The notes under the pieces: model-generated
Database searches by the model: none
Seen by the model: the letters and a program-made list of their open reading frames with translations, nothing else
Told to the model about the DNA's origin: nothing
Part shown: positions 46,292 through 55,797 of the stretch, one piece after another
Numbering within the stretch: the first letter of the stretch is position 1
Layout: each line of letters starts with the position of its first letter
Source: a virus
Taxonomy: Duplodnaviria; Caudoviricetes
DNA length: 64,000 nucleotides
Virus record (IMG/VR): IMGVR_UViG_2744054987_000003
Span: 64,001 to 128,000 of that record
Direction: 5' to 3' (one strand)
Translations under genes and position numbers: made by a program

Positions 46292-47818
46292 CTAGATCGA
46301 CTGCAAGGTGTTCGCCGAGCCGCCGAAGTCGTTGGCCGCGCTGCTTGACGGCGTGGTGATCGTGGATGTCGAAGTGCTGTTGGCGGAGTTTCCGGTGGTT
46401 CCCACCGAGATGTCGCCGGTCGATAGGCTGATCGCAAACCGGACCACCAGATAGTTCAGCGGGTAAGCCGGACGCCAGCCGAAGCTGACTTCGATGACGT
46501 CAGGATTGGTCAGCAGCTGACGAACTTTCAGTCCGTTGTAGCCGACAAGCAAGCTGTCACGCAGCAGGCTTTGCAGCGCGGCCTCGGCGGTGGCCTTGAC
46601 GTTGATCAGCGTGTAGCTGTAGATCGGCTGCCCGATGAGATTCGCGGCGTCGAGGTAGTCGCGCATCCGGTAGGCCAATGCGTCCTGCTGGCCGATCACC
46701 GACCACTCGCGTGTGTTCAGGTTGGTGAAATCCGTTGTGACGCCGTGACGAACCTGAATGAGCTGCTGTGGGTTCTTCTCGATGACGAGCAGGCCGTTGG
46801 CGGTCTCGTTGGTCTTCTGACCGTCAGGCTGCAGCTCGCCGACATCGCGCCAGCCGCTGAGACGTTTACGCGTCAAAGGCTGCGCGAAACTCATCGCCAC
46901 CGTCATCCCGGCCAGCGATGCAGCCATGTACTGACCACCCAACGAAATGACCTTGGACAGTTCCGGCGCGTAGTACTTGAAGGTGTCCGGTGAGACCATC
47001 GCCACGCGCTCATCGGTGATCTCCTGGGCGTAAATGACCCGTTGAGCCGACGACACCGGCACTGTGGTGCCGTCCACCGCGACGATGCCGCGCCGCTCAT
47101 AGCGTTGCGAGGACTGCGAATCCACGTGCTGCTGCACTGCGGCGTGCAGGTTCTGGTCTCCGCTGCAGGGGACCACGACCGCGACCGAGGGCTGGTAGGC
47201 GAGCTTGGCTAGTGCGCTACCCCATTCATCGTCGTCATCGGGGTTGATAGCGACGCACACGATCTTGTACGCGCCGTTGAGGAAGGCAAAGCGCGCGGCC
47301 AGGCTTAGCGGTGATTGGATATCGCCGTTGTCGTCGAAGGGCTTGCCATAAGCCGACTCGACGTCGTCGTACTCGTAGAAGGTGTAGGCGTTGTAGTAGG
47401 TGGTGTCGGTGTACTGGTAGGTCACCTGAACGGCATCGCCGGGAGCGATGTGCCCGCCGATGACTCGCTTGAGCGCATAACTGGCGTCGTCGGTTCCTTG
47501 GGTTCCTGACACCAGTGCGATGGTGTAGTCGGTGTTGACGGTGTAGCTCTGCCCGGAGTTGATGTTGGTGACCGTGAGCAGGTCGGTGTCGATACCCTGA
47601 TGCGACAGCGTTCGAGTCAGCGAGGGCGTGGTGTCGTCGGTGTCGGGGTTGATGAGCACCGTTTCAACCTGGGTCTGGAAACCGACGCTTTCGCCGTAGA
47701 GGCCCACCGCGTTGGGCAGTGACGAGTTGACGGCGATCTGGGGACCGCTGTCGATGAGGGTGTAGATCCCCGGCGGCAGGTAGTTGGAAAAGTCCACCGC
47801 AGGCTGTACAGACGTCAT
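46292..47818 (-). CDS. contractile tail sheath protein
   Basis: Y.PPG.Y N-terminus, AFLNGA, RHGVTTD, P.YPLNY..V.F C-terminus. Confidence 0.92.
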   Translation of the reverse strand: MTSVQPAVDFSNYLPPGIYTLIDSGPQIAVNSSLPNAVGLYGESVGFQTQVETVLINPDTDDTTPSLTRTLSHQGIDTDLLTVTNINSGQSYTVNTDYTIALVSGTQGTDDASYALKRVIGGHIAPGDAVQVTYQYTDTTYYNAYTFYEYDDVESAYGKPFDDNGDIQSPLSLAARFAFLNGAYKIVCVAINPDDDDEWGSALAKLAYQPSVAVVVPCSGDQNLHAAVQQHVDSQSSQRYERRGIVAVDGTTVPVSSAQRVIYAQEITDERVAMVSPDTFKYYAPELSKVISLGGQYMAASLAGMTVAMSFAQPLTRKRLSGWRDVGELQPDGQKTNETANGLLVIEKNPQQLIQVRHGVTTDFTNLNTREWSVIGQQDALAYRMRDYLDAANLIGQPIYSYTLINVKATAEAALQSLLRDSLLVGYNGLKVRQLLTNPDVIEVSFGWRPAYPLNYLVVRFAISLSTGDISVGTTGNSANSTSTSTITTPSSSAANDFGGSANTLQSI

Positions 47819-47880
47819 CTCGTGCCCCTCTACTTAGGTCAGCGCCTTCACCTATTCCTGGTGCGACGCGAGTAGAGGAG

Positions 47881-48663
47881 CTAGAAGCGAGTTGGAGTGT
47901 CCGGTTCGTTGCGTTCGGCGATTTCGGGATCGACGTCGATGCGCGACAGCTCGTAGATGCCGTCATGGCTGAATGCTTTGGTGAAGTAGCCGAGGACATC
48001 GAAGGCGTAACTGTCTTCGTAGGCCAGCACATCAGGTTGCCAGGGCACACCCACGGTGGTGTTCTGTCCACCGGGGTACTGCACGTCGGTGTTGATCGAG
48101 ATGGACATGTATGGGTTGCTGCACAGCGCATCGAGCAGTGTGCGGTTCTGTTTGACGTCGACCGTGGGGTCGGTGAGGACCATCTGCGGACCTCGGGCGA
48201 ATCCCAGCAGTGAGGTCAGTTTGCCTGCGAGCCGGTCGCGGTCTTTGTTGTAGAGCGCAACGGTGGTCAAAGTGACACGACCACGAACCTCCTGCTCCTG
48301 CACGCTTGTCCAGACACCGTCGATTTTGACTGTCGTCTCTTGCGAGATCCCGGCCCGCTGCAGGCTGGTGATGGAAAACTGCACCCACACACCAGGATAG
48401 AAAATCTTTTTGAGGGGGTACTCCAGGTCGACGTAGACCGTGTTGTCGTCGGGTTTGGAGTCGGCCGCAGAGCCGATGACTGTGATGCCGCTGGCGGTCA
48501 GTGCTTCGCGCACCGCGACAACGACTGCGCGTTTGACGAACTCGATAACGCCGTCTTCGGTGCCGTCCGGCAGCGGCGGTGTGATCAGCGCCGAAGGGTC
48601 GGGTAGATCGTAGTCGCTCATAAACACCGAGGGCGCATACTGGCTGTCGTCGTCAGGCGGCAT
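47881..48663 (-). CDS. tail terminator/neck protein
   Basis: Upstream of the sheath gene; V.LEYP.....YP..WV pattern. Confidence 0.7.
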   Translation of the reverse strand: MPPDDDSQYAPSVFMSDYDLPDPSALITPPLPDGTEDGVIEFVKRAVVVAVREALTASGITVIGSAADSKPDDNTVYVDLEYPLKKIFYPGVWVQFSITSLQRAGISQETTVKIDGVWTSVQEQEVRGRVTLTTVALYNKDRDRLAGKLTSLLGFARGPQMVLTDPTVDVKQNRTLLDALCSNPYMSISINTDVQYPGGQNTTVGVPWQPDVLAYEDSYAFDVLGYFTKAFSHDGIYELSRIDVDPEIAERNEPDTPTRF

Positions 48664-49120
48664 TGCCGCCCCGCAACACGTTCATCAGCATCTGCTGAAG
48701 CTGTGGTCGCGCCTCGCTGATCGCTTTCGTCAAGGCATCTTCCATAAAGTGTTTAGGCGCAAGCCCAGGATGTCTCCAACGTTGATTACGCCAGACCTGC
48801 CCGACGTGAGGAATGTTGACATAGCCCGGTTCGCCGACGTGCCCGCCGGTGCGGATATGCGGGCCGTCGCCCTGCTTGCATCCGATTGGTACCTTGCGTC
48901 CGACGACCCACCACATCAGAAACGGTTTGGTGCCACGGTTTTGGTGCATCAGATACTTGGCGGTGGTCTTCAGTCCGACTTGACCTTCAGCGGGCATGGC
49001 GCTGATGGACTCGATGGATTTCTCAGACCACCCGAGGGAGCGGATGCTTTCACGAGCGAGCTGCACGGCGCGCTGGTTGACCTGTTCGCAGATCACCAGA
49101 GGGGCAGCGACGACAGCCAC
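48653..49120 (-). CDS. neck/tail completion protein (HK97 gp10-like)
   Basis: YL...NRGTKP...HPG..PKHFM..A motif. Confidence 0.7.
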   Translation of the reverse strand: MAVVAAPLVICEQVNQRAVQLARESIRSLGWSEKSIESISAMPAEGQVGLKTTAKYLMHQNRGTKPFLMWWVVGRKVPIGCKQGDGPHIRTGGHVGEPGYVNIPHVGQVWRNQRWRHPGLAPKHFMEDALTKAISEARPQLQQMLMNVLRGGNAA

Positions 49121-49125
49121 GGTAG

Positions 49126-49914
49126 CTATCCGATGACGGTGACGCGGAACTCGCCAGTAGTCGGCGCGGTAGCGAAGGTCAGCGTCACGGTATTGAGGTC
49201 GGTGGCGGTGACGTCGGGGTAGACCTCATCATGCGAGGTCTTGTCCTTGACCGACACCACGACGTCATATGTCCCCAAGTTGTGAACGAACGCGATGGCG
49301 GTGGTGTTGCCGTCGCCGATGTCGGCGGACTTCACGCGGGCCACCGTGTTGTCGACCGATACGCCGGTGCTGTCGACGGTGATGCCGCCCTGCGGCTTGG
49401 CTTTGACGCTGAAGGTCGTACCGGTGAGGCTCAGGCCGTCGCCGTTGATGTAAGTATCGCCGCCGCCGCTTTTGACGAACGTCAGCGCGGTGGTGTCTAG
49501 GGTGATAGGCCCGTCGGTGCTCAGCGTGAATGAGGTGTCGTGGTTCTTGGTGCCTTCTTCGACCACAACCGTGGTGCCGGGCACCAGGTTCTCTGAGGAG
49601 TTGGCGTCAGCTCGGCGCACCAGCGCGGCACTGGCTCCGGCCCAAACGTAGATGCCGTTCTCGCTGCCGTCGGTCTGGTTCTTCAGCAGGATCGCGTCGC
49701 CAGCACTGAGTGTGACGTCATCGATGGTGCTGCCGGGGGCAGATAGGCTGATGTTCGTCGTGGAAGCGGCACGTACGGCCTCTTTCCAGACGTTGCCGTT
49801 GACCTTGGCGTCGACGTACGCCTTGTTGGCAGCATCGCTGGCCACCGATGGACTGCCCAGGTTGATGCCCTTTTGGCCAGTGAAGTCAATGCCGTTGAAG
49901 AATTTGCGGGCCAC
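49126..49914 (-). CDS. virion decoration/fibre protein
   Basis: DAANKAYVD, WKEAVRAA, LLKNQT...ENGIYV, HNLGT.DV. Confidence 0.8.
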   Translation of the reverse strand: MARKFFNGIDFTGQKGINLGSPSVASDAANKAYVDAKVNGNVWKEAVRAASTTNISLSAPGSTIDDVTLSAGDAILLKNQTDGSENGIYVWAGASAALVRRADANSSENLVPGTTVVVEEGTKNHDTSFTLSTDGPITLDTTALTFVKSGGGDTYINGDGLSLTGTTFSVKAKPQGGITVDSTGVSVDNTVARVKSADIGDGNTTAIAFVHNLGTYDVVVSVKDKTSHDEVYPDVTATDLNTVTLTFATAPTTGEFRVTVIG

Positions 49915-49956
49915 CGCGTGCCTCCCAGGTAAAAGTTCCCTCTACCTGTTCTGGTG

Positions 49957-52002
49957 TCAGATCAGCTCGGCCATGCCTGCCTGCGGACTGGCGAAGACCA
50001 GCACCGCTGTATTGGGGTCGGGGTACTCGACGTCGGTGTCGGCTTCTTCGCCGTCGACGAACAGTGTCACCGAAGGGTTGTAGCTGAAGGGGTGCTTGAT
50101 CGTCCAGGTGGCCGCCGGGGCGTTCTGCGTGTGCCAGAAGACTTGCCGCCATTTCACGCCCGGCGTCGGCGGGGTGATCGGTTCATCGTCTTTGCAAGGC
50201 GGAATGACCGGAACGTAGACCACTTTGGTGTCGGGCTGCACGGGCACCGGGATCGCGCGAGACGGCACCGGCTCAATGACAGCGCGGTCGAATGACTGGC
50301 CTACGACGGGCATCTTGGTGATCGACACCGAGTCAGAGACCTGGGTGACGACAGCTTTCTGCCCGACCACGTCCCAGGTGTCCTGCCCGAAGCGGCTGCC
50401 GGTGCGCAATGAGTCGCGGGTAACTTTCTGGATGCCGTAGAAGCCGTCGACGACCGCAGGGGTGCCGTTGGCGTTCCAGCGGCTCACACGCACGACGTAG
50501 TCGTGTTCGATGAGAAGCGGGAAGGCTTCGGTCTGCATCTCGCGCTGGTTGGGTTGCCAGACACCCTGCTTGGTGTAGTCCTCCTGGGCTAGCTTGTCGG
50601 TGAACATCGTCCAGATTTTCACCGCAGCTTTGATCGGCTGCGCAAAACCGGTGGAGTAGCAGATCGAGCAGTCCCCGCTTCCAGCGTTGTAGATGTCGTC
50701 GTAGCAGTTGTGTACTAGGGTGTTCTGGACAACGTAGGTGTGATCATCTTCGATGCCCAGATTGTAAACAATTCCATCGTACTCGACCGGACGAATGGAT
50801 TTCATCCGTACAAGCTCGTGCTCCTCTTGGAAGCGCCACCGATTCTTGACCTGCTTTTTGCCATTTGATCGCCATCCGGTGTTATAGCAACGCTTTCGTT
50901 TATTGCCGATTGGGGTGAGGGCCTTGGATTGGGTTGAGTGAATCGTGGGCTGTTCGCCCAGACGCTGGACTACTTCGGCAATCTGGAGTGCCAGGATTTC
51001 TGAGGTCTGTCCAATACGTTTGGTGTCTGGAGCGTCCCAAGTGGTGGAGGTGTAGGTTTCGTGCAGAGCCGTCTTGAAGCCATCCCCGCACCAAATCCCC
51101 TCGATTAGAGAGACCAACTTCTTAGCTGGGAGCTGCATCAACGGCTCAGGAATGATCTTTTTGTCGCACACAGAGCCGACGTTATACTTCAGGTACTTTG
51201 CCAGCTTTGCCGAGTAGATGTTGGCTACAAAGCCGTCACCCTTTTGGTGTTGCTCGGTCGAGATGAACCCAAGTTCTGATGCGACTCGCGCCACTCGGTC
51301 ACGGTATGACTGTTCATTCCTGTGTGATGCAAACGTGATCGTCCTTGGCCATCTACCACCACCCACGGAGCCTTCGGCTATGTAGTAACCGATCAACCAC
51401 AGAAAATCATCGGTTAGGTTCCACCCCTCATGCTGTTTGATGTCGACGTCGCGCGTCGGGACCATGGTCACGATCCAGGAACGATCATCTAGTTGTTCTA
51501 GGGGCACCTCTGCGATCTCGTGGGACTTTCCGCGCAGTTGTCCGTGACGAGTAGCCACAGAATGGTGCGCCTCACAAACCGACGGACCACAGAACGGCAC
51601 ACCGTCTCGCATGTATGCCTTCTGGTTATGCTGATGGTCGGACGTCATCGCAAAAATCGGGTGATTTCCTGTACCCACGACAGGGCTGGTCATGGCGTGT
51701 GTTTGCCATTCGTACGCCGTTCCCTTGAAGCGACTCCGATGGAGTTGCCTTACAGGATGAAATGTGCCGTCCGAAGTCAGAACCAAGTCGCCGACCTCAA
51801 TCTTCTCGATGGGTCGATAACCTTCGCTGGTGCGAATCAGCGTCCCTGGCGCGAAGCAGCGTGGGCAGCGTTCGGCATCGGCGTCGGGGATCGGGTGACG
51901 CATCGACAGCAAGATGGCTTGTTCGCCAGCGGTAATCAGTGCGTCACGAAGATCGCGTCGCAGGTTATCTACCGCGAAGTCTTCTACGCTCTTGATAATC
52001 AT
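49957..52002 (-). CDS. intein-containing neck/head-closure protein
   Basis: Start MIIKSVEDF (ATGA overlap); exteins give CPRC...CSIC...GF; C-terminal W.IKH...NPSV fibre-like domain. Confidence 0.8.
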   Translation of the reverse strand: MIIKSVEDFAVDNLRRDLRDALITAGEQAILLSMRHPIPDADAERCPRCFAPGTLIRTSEGYRPIEKIEVGDLVLTSDGTFHPVRQLHRSRFKGTAYEWQTHAMTSPVVGTGNHPIFAMTSDHQHNQKAYMRDGVPFCGPSVCEAHHSVATRHGQLRGKSHEIAEVPLEQLDDRSWIVTMVPTRDVDIKQHEGWNLTDDFLWLIGYYIAEGSVGGGRWPRTITFASHRNEQSYRDRVARVASELGFISTEQHQKGDGFVANIYSAKLAKYLKYNVGSVCDKKIIPEPLMQLPAKKLVSLIEGIWCGDGFKTALHETYTSTTWDAPDTKRIGQTSEILALQIAEVVQRLGEQPTIHSTQSKALTPIGNKRKRCYNTGWRSNGKKQVKNRWRFQEEHELVRMKSIRPVEYDGIVYNLGIEDDHTYVVQNTLVHNCYDDIYNAGSGDCSICYSTGFAQPIKAAVKIWTMFTDKLAQEDYTKQGVWQPNQREMQTEAFPLLIEHDYVVRVSRWNANGTPAVVDGFYGIQKVTRDSLRTGSRFGQDTWDVVGQKAVVTQVSDSVSITKMPVVGQSFDRAVIEPVPSRAIPVPVQPDTKVVYVPVIPPCKDDEPITPPTPGVKWRQVFWHTQNAPAATWTIKHPFSYNPSVTLFVDGEEADTDVEYPDPNTAVLVFASPQAGMAELI
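50707..51858 (-). mobile_element. intein (384 aa) with LAGLIDADG homing endonuclease
   Basis: CFAPGT start, TGNHP block B, LIGYYIAEGS and LIEGIWCGDG LAGLIDADG blocks, VYNL...VHN end followed by Cys+1. Confidence 0.95.
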
Positions 52003-52502
52003 GCGTGATGCTCCATCGGGGCATGGAGGACATCTCGCCACTGCGGCTGAGGGTTCTCGCCAAGGGGATCGGGGTCAGTGAGCATCTGAATCTGATGCAA
52101 GGTCACTGGCGTTCCGGGTCGCAAGTACCTCTCTCCTGCCCAGCCTTCCCAGCCTTCAGGGTTCCCGCCCCTTGAGAGATCGAGATCATCGGTATCGCCG
52201 CGCCACGTCGCGCGAAATCGGACGGGGAAGTCTCTCCCCTGTCTGTTGGGCAGTGCACCGGCAGTGTCATCCAGGTTTGGAGTCCACCAGTTTCCCAAGC
52301 CACCGGCGCTCCACTTGTATTTTGCAACATGATCAAGTATTGCGTCGCGGACTGCGTCATCGTCATCAGTGTCTGTGTATCTGTCCGGTCCAGGCGGCAT
52401 GGTGAAATCACGAAGATTCATGCCCCGCCACAGCGATTCTTGAACAGCTGACACACGCCAAGGATACTGCTCAGCCTGTGTGAGCACCCGAATCATGCTC
52501 AT
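51999..52502 (-). CDS. hypothetical protein, possibly ADP-ribosyltransferase-like fold
   Basis: LWRG...WWT...GERYLRPGTPV; carries the shared leader IRVLTQAEQ. Confidence 0.55.
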   Translation of the reverse strand: MSMIRVLTQAEQYPWRVSAVQESLWRGMNLRDFTMPPGPDRYTDTDDDDAVRDAILDHVAKYKWSAGGLGNWWTPNLDDTAGALPNRQGRDFPVRFRATWRGDTDDLDLSRGGNPEGWEGWAGERYLRPGTPVTLHQIQMLTDPDPLGENPQPQWRDVLHAPMEHHA

Positions 52503-52505
52503 GGG

Positions 52506-53498
52506 TTACCACCGTCCCGTGCCCGCAGGGAAGCTGACCGCCGGGGCAGCGGGGTAGAAGCGGAAGGCCCGAGTCATAGCGGCATAGCCACCGGCCATGA
52601 ACAGGCCGTTCGCGCCGCCGCCGAAGATGCCGCCGGACACCAGCAGCGAGCCGCGTCCGAGCTGAAGCAGACTTCGCTTGGCCATCTTGATCATCGACTC
52701 GAACTGCGGCCACTCACTAGACAAGATCGCCTGCCAGCGTTGTGAATACGCGGTGCGGTCCAGGTAGGTGACCTGCATGTTGGCGCGCACCGGGACCTCG
52801 ACATAGGAGCGGATCAAATGCCGCATCACTTCGTAGTAGGTGCCCATGGTGATCAAGCCGTTGAAGTTCTTAGGCGCGGTGGCGGTGCCTGGCCCGATGC
52901 CCCAGTCGACTACCGGGAAACCGGTGAGGTTGATGCGCGTGATCGCCATCTGCGCGATCTGTGCGATGCGCTCGTAGTCGTAGTGGGTCTGGAACGGTTC
53001 GATCAGGTAGGGGCCACCTTCGGTGGAGTCGAACAGGTCGCCGTACATGTAGGTGACTTGTTCGACCATGAGCCGCTGATCGTCAGACAGGCTGTCGTAC
53101 AGCGGCATCTGGTCCTGGATCTGCAGGTTGTCCTGAAACGTGAAGTCGGTGCCGTTGACTCGGTAGGACCATTCGATGGCCAGGGTGCCACGGTTCTTGG
53201 TGTATTGCGGGCCGATGTCGTAGTAGTACTTGCCGACGTCTTCGCGGGTGATCTCGTCCGGGCCGATGGTGGCCACCAGCACACCGCGAGGATCGTCGCT
53301 GACGGGCTGTTGAGCGAGTACGTCGTTGAACCACACCTTCAGGCCCAGACTGTTCTCGTCGGGGTCGACTGAGCCGCTGGTGGATTTGATGTCGAGCGCG
53401 ACGTAGCCGGTGCCGTTGAGGCCGACGAACTTCCGCGTGATCGACTGGTCTCGGATCTTGGGCGAGACGATGCTGATGCCTGATGGTTCGTTGCTCAT
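52506..53498 (-). CDS. head-to-tail adaptor-like protein
   Basis: Ig-like N-terminal half plus helical C-terminal half; first gene of the neck cluster. Confidence 0.65.
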   Translation of the reverse strand: MSNEPSGISIVSPKIRDQSITRKFVGLNGTGYVALDIKSTSGSVDPDENSLGLKVWFNDVLAQQPVSDDPRGVLVATIGPDEITREDVGKYYYDIGPQYTKNRGTLAIEWSYRVNGTDFTFQDNLQIQDQMPLYDSLSDDQRLMVEQVTYMYGDLFDSTEGGPYLIEPFQTHYDYERIAQIAQMAITRINLTGFPVVDWGIGPGTATAPKNFNGLITMGTYYEVMRHLIRSYVEVPVRANMQVTYLDRTAYSQRWQAILSSEWPQFESMIKMAKRSLLQLGRGSLLVSGGIFGGGANGLFMAGGYAAMTRAFRFYPAAPAVSFPAGTGRW

Positions 53499-53499
53499 C

Positions 53500-55098
53500 T
53501 CAGGGTCCAAGGTAGGTGATGCTCAGTCGCGACGTGGTGTTGGAGTCGCCGTCGAACCAGCTGAATATCTGGCTGCCCAAATCAGCTGGCGCGGTGTAGC
53601 TTACCCGCACTTGCAGGATGTCGTTGATGGCGAAACGCATCGGCCCACTGACCGCCAGCGTCTGACTGAAGCCGGGCGCGTAGCTGTTGCCGCGCATGAA
53701 GGTGGCGTTTTGATACATCGACGCTGTGCCGTTGACGACCAGCGCTACGTTAGCGATGTCGGGAGTAACCTGCGGGTTCCATTGCATCGCAGCGTCGATG
53801 TAGAACCGGCCCGGTTCTTTGAACACCACACCGCTGTTCGACGATGCGGCGTTGAAGAAGCCGAAGTTGTCGACGATCTCCTTGTTGAAGTTCAGGTAGG
53901 TGCCAGTAGAGGTAAGTTTCTGCTTGACCGTCTGCGACAGCTGCACTTCGGGCACCTTGCCGATCGGCAGCAATGTCCAACGGTTGACCGAGGTGTAGTA
54001 CTGCTCGTCGGCGATGCGAACGTAGTTAATGTCAGCCGGGGTGGTTTGCCCGAGTAGGTTGATGGGTGCGGTCATGCCTACACCCCAGCCGCGATAATTC
54101 GCGCCCTTCATGCTGACGAGCCGGTTATCGACGATCGAGCCGACCAGCAGACCGGTCTGGTAAATCGACAGGGTGCGCTCGATCAGACTGGCGCGCCATT
54201 GCGTGTTGGCCAGCGCGGTGTTGACGTTGCTCAGACTGCCCAGCAGAGTCTCGCCGCCCCGCCCGGAAGTGGTGTACCAGGCGTTGATGATCCCATCGCC
54301 CACCGACAGTTTGACGTAGGACTGCCGGTCAGAGGACACCCGGAAGTAGAAATCATTGAAGGCGGTGGTGTACAGCGGCGGCGTTCGTTCGATGACCAGG
54401 CTGCCGGTCTCCCAGGTGATGATCTGGTCGTCGCTGTCGGTTTCCTTGTCGTCGGCGTCGGTACGCCAAGCAACTGCGGCGTTGCTGTTGGCCCCGCCAC
54501 CGTCGACCCACGTCAATGTTCCTGCCGGGGTAGCCATCACGCCGTGGCTGGTGTCGCCGGAATCGTAAACCGTGGTTGCCCAGCCGCTGCCGCCGATGCT
54601 GTCGTTGTCGGCGGTGTTGAAGTCGACAATCGAATCCACGCCACTGACCGCGACGTTGTTGTCGTAGAGCGCCCACTGCCGAAAGCATTGTGTGTCGGTC
54701 TCGTAGATCATCATCCCGGTGGTGGGCATACCGGGTCGTGAGGTGGACGTGCAGATGCCGTAAGGGATTCCAGGCAGGTTGTTGTAGTTGTGGGTGTGGT
54801 TGCCCGCAGCAGCCTGAAACTCGCCGGTGCCCAGCGTGTGATGGATTGCTGTCAGCGAGCTGTCGGTGTCGGCGTCCTCGTGAGTATTGGCCTGAGATAG
54901 TTTGACGCCGCCGTCGCCGCCATCGTGGTCGTGCGTCTTCTTAGACGCATAAGTTTGCAGTGCGGTGACTGCATCACCGATGTCCCGATGACTTTCAACG
55001 TGATTCAACTGGCCACTCCCCGCAGAGGACAGGGGAGTCTCTGCGGGGAGCGACGGTACGGTGAACGAGTCGATGCCATCCGGGTATGAAGTTGGCAC
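53500..55098 (-). CDS. virion fibre/minor structural protein
   Basis: TSYP...D, HHTLG...QAAAGNHTH, RP..P..GMMIYETDT, C1q/TNF-like C-terminus. Confidence 0.75.
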   Translation of the reverse strand: MPTSYPDGIDSFTVPSLPAETPLSSAGSGQLNHVESHRDIGDAVTALQTYASKKTHDHDGGDGGVKLSQANTHEDADTDSSLTAIHHTLGTGEFQAAAGNHTHNYNNLPGIPYGICTSTSRPGMPTTGMMIYETDTQCFRQWALYDNNVAVSGVDSIVDFNTADNDSIGGSGWATTVYDSGDTSHGVMATPAGTLTWVDGGGANSNAAVAWRTDADDKETDSDDQIITWETGSLVIERTPPLYTTAFNDFYFRVSSDRQSYVKLSVGDGIINAWYTTSGRGGETLLGSLSNVNTALANTQWRASLIERTLSIYQTGLLVGSIVDNRLVSMKGANYRGWGVGMTAPINLLGQTTPADINYVRIADEQYYTSVNRWTLLPIGKVPEVQLSQTVKQKLTSTGTYLNFNKEIVDNFGFFNAASSNSGVVFKEPGRFYIDAAMQWNPQVTPDIANVALVVNGTASMYQNATFMRGNSYAPGFSQTLAVSGPMRFAINDILQVRVSYTAPADLGSQIFSWFDGDSNTTSRLSITYLGP

Positions 55099-55125
55099 GC
55101 CGGTACCTCCTGCTGTGAGGGGGAA

Positions 55126-55407
55126 CTAGGAGCCGTCGACCGAGTAACCCGAAAGAATCGAAGCGCTGTCGTAGAAGTTGCGCATCCAGTCGCGGCTCTG
55201 GTAGGCGCGCTCCAGCACCCCGTCCGGCGGGTCGATGACGCCCACTGACTCCGCTAGTGCCAGGTCGGCAGCGACGGCATCGACACCGCTTTGCGGCGGG
55301 AAAGCCAGCGCGTCGAAGACCGTGACATCCTGCTCGGTCGGAATGCCGGGGTTGGTGGTGCGCTTGACGTACTGATACTTGATGGCATCAGGCACGGCGT
55401 AGGTCAT
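55126..55407 (-). CDS. small protein, paralogue 3 (VFD.LA.PP motif)
   Basis: DVTVFDALAFPPQSG; GGGAG RBS. Confidence 0.75.
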   Translation of the reverse strand: MTYAVPDAIKYQYVKRTTNPGIPTEQDVTVFDALAFPPQSGVDAVAADLALAESVGVIDPPDGVLERAYQSRDWMRNFYDSASILSGYSVDGS

Positions 55408-55418
55408 GTCTGTTCTCC

Positions 55419-55598
55419 CTATTCGTTGTTGGGCACAGCGGGCCAGTCGTCACTGCGACTGTCCGGTGGGCTTGCCATGCACTCGAAGACGTCCAGGTCC
55501 GGGTGATTCAGCTCGGTACGAGGCTCCCGCACCCAGGCCGCCTTCTTGTACTGCTCCAGCTCGGCCTCGGTGTAGGCGAGCTGGGTGTAGGGCAACAT
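55419..55598 (-). CDS. small protein, paralogue 2 (59 aa, not in track)
   Basis: MLPYTQLAYTEAELEQYKK...DLDVFECMASPPDS; TGATG coupling. Confidence 0.7.
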   Translation of the reverse strand: MLPYTQLAYTEAELEQYKKAAWVREPRTELNHPDLDVFECMASPPDSRSDDWPAVPNNE

Positions 55599-55789
55599 CA
55601 GATGCCCACCTCGTGGGCGGCGTCGATGTCGACCTGCTCGGCGGCCAGACCGGAAGCCGGAGGATGCGCCATCGCATCGAACACGCTGGTATCCGACATG
55701 ATCGGCGGCGCAGCAACATCAGGCGTCCGCTTGAGGCCCAGGTTGCTGTACAGACTGGTGTCGGTACCGAGAACGAAAGTGCCTGCCAT
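55598..55789 (-). CDS. small protein, paralogue 1
   Basis: DTSVFDAMAHPPASG; AGGAGG RBS. Confidence 0.75.
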   Translation of the reverse strand: MAGTFVLGTDTSLYSNLGLKRTPDVAAPPIMSDTSVFDAMAHPPASGLAAEQVDIDAAHEVGI

Positions 55790-55797
55790 CGATCCTC

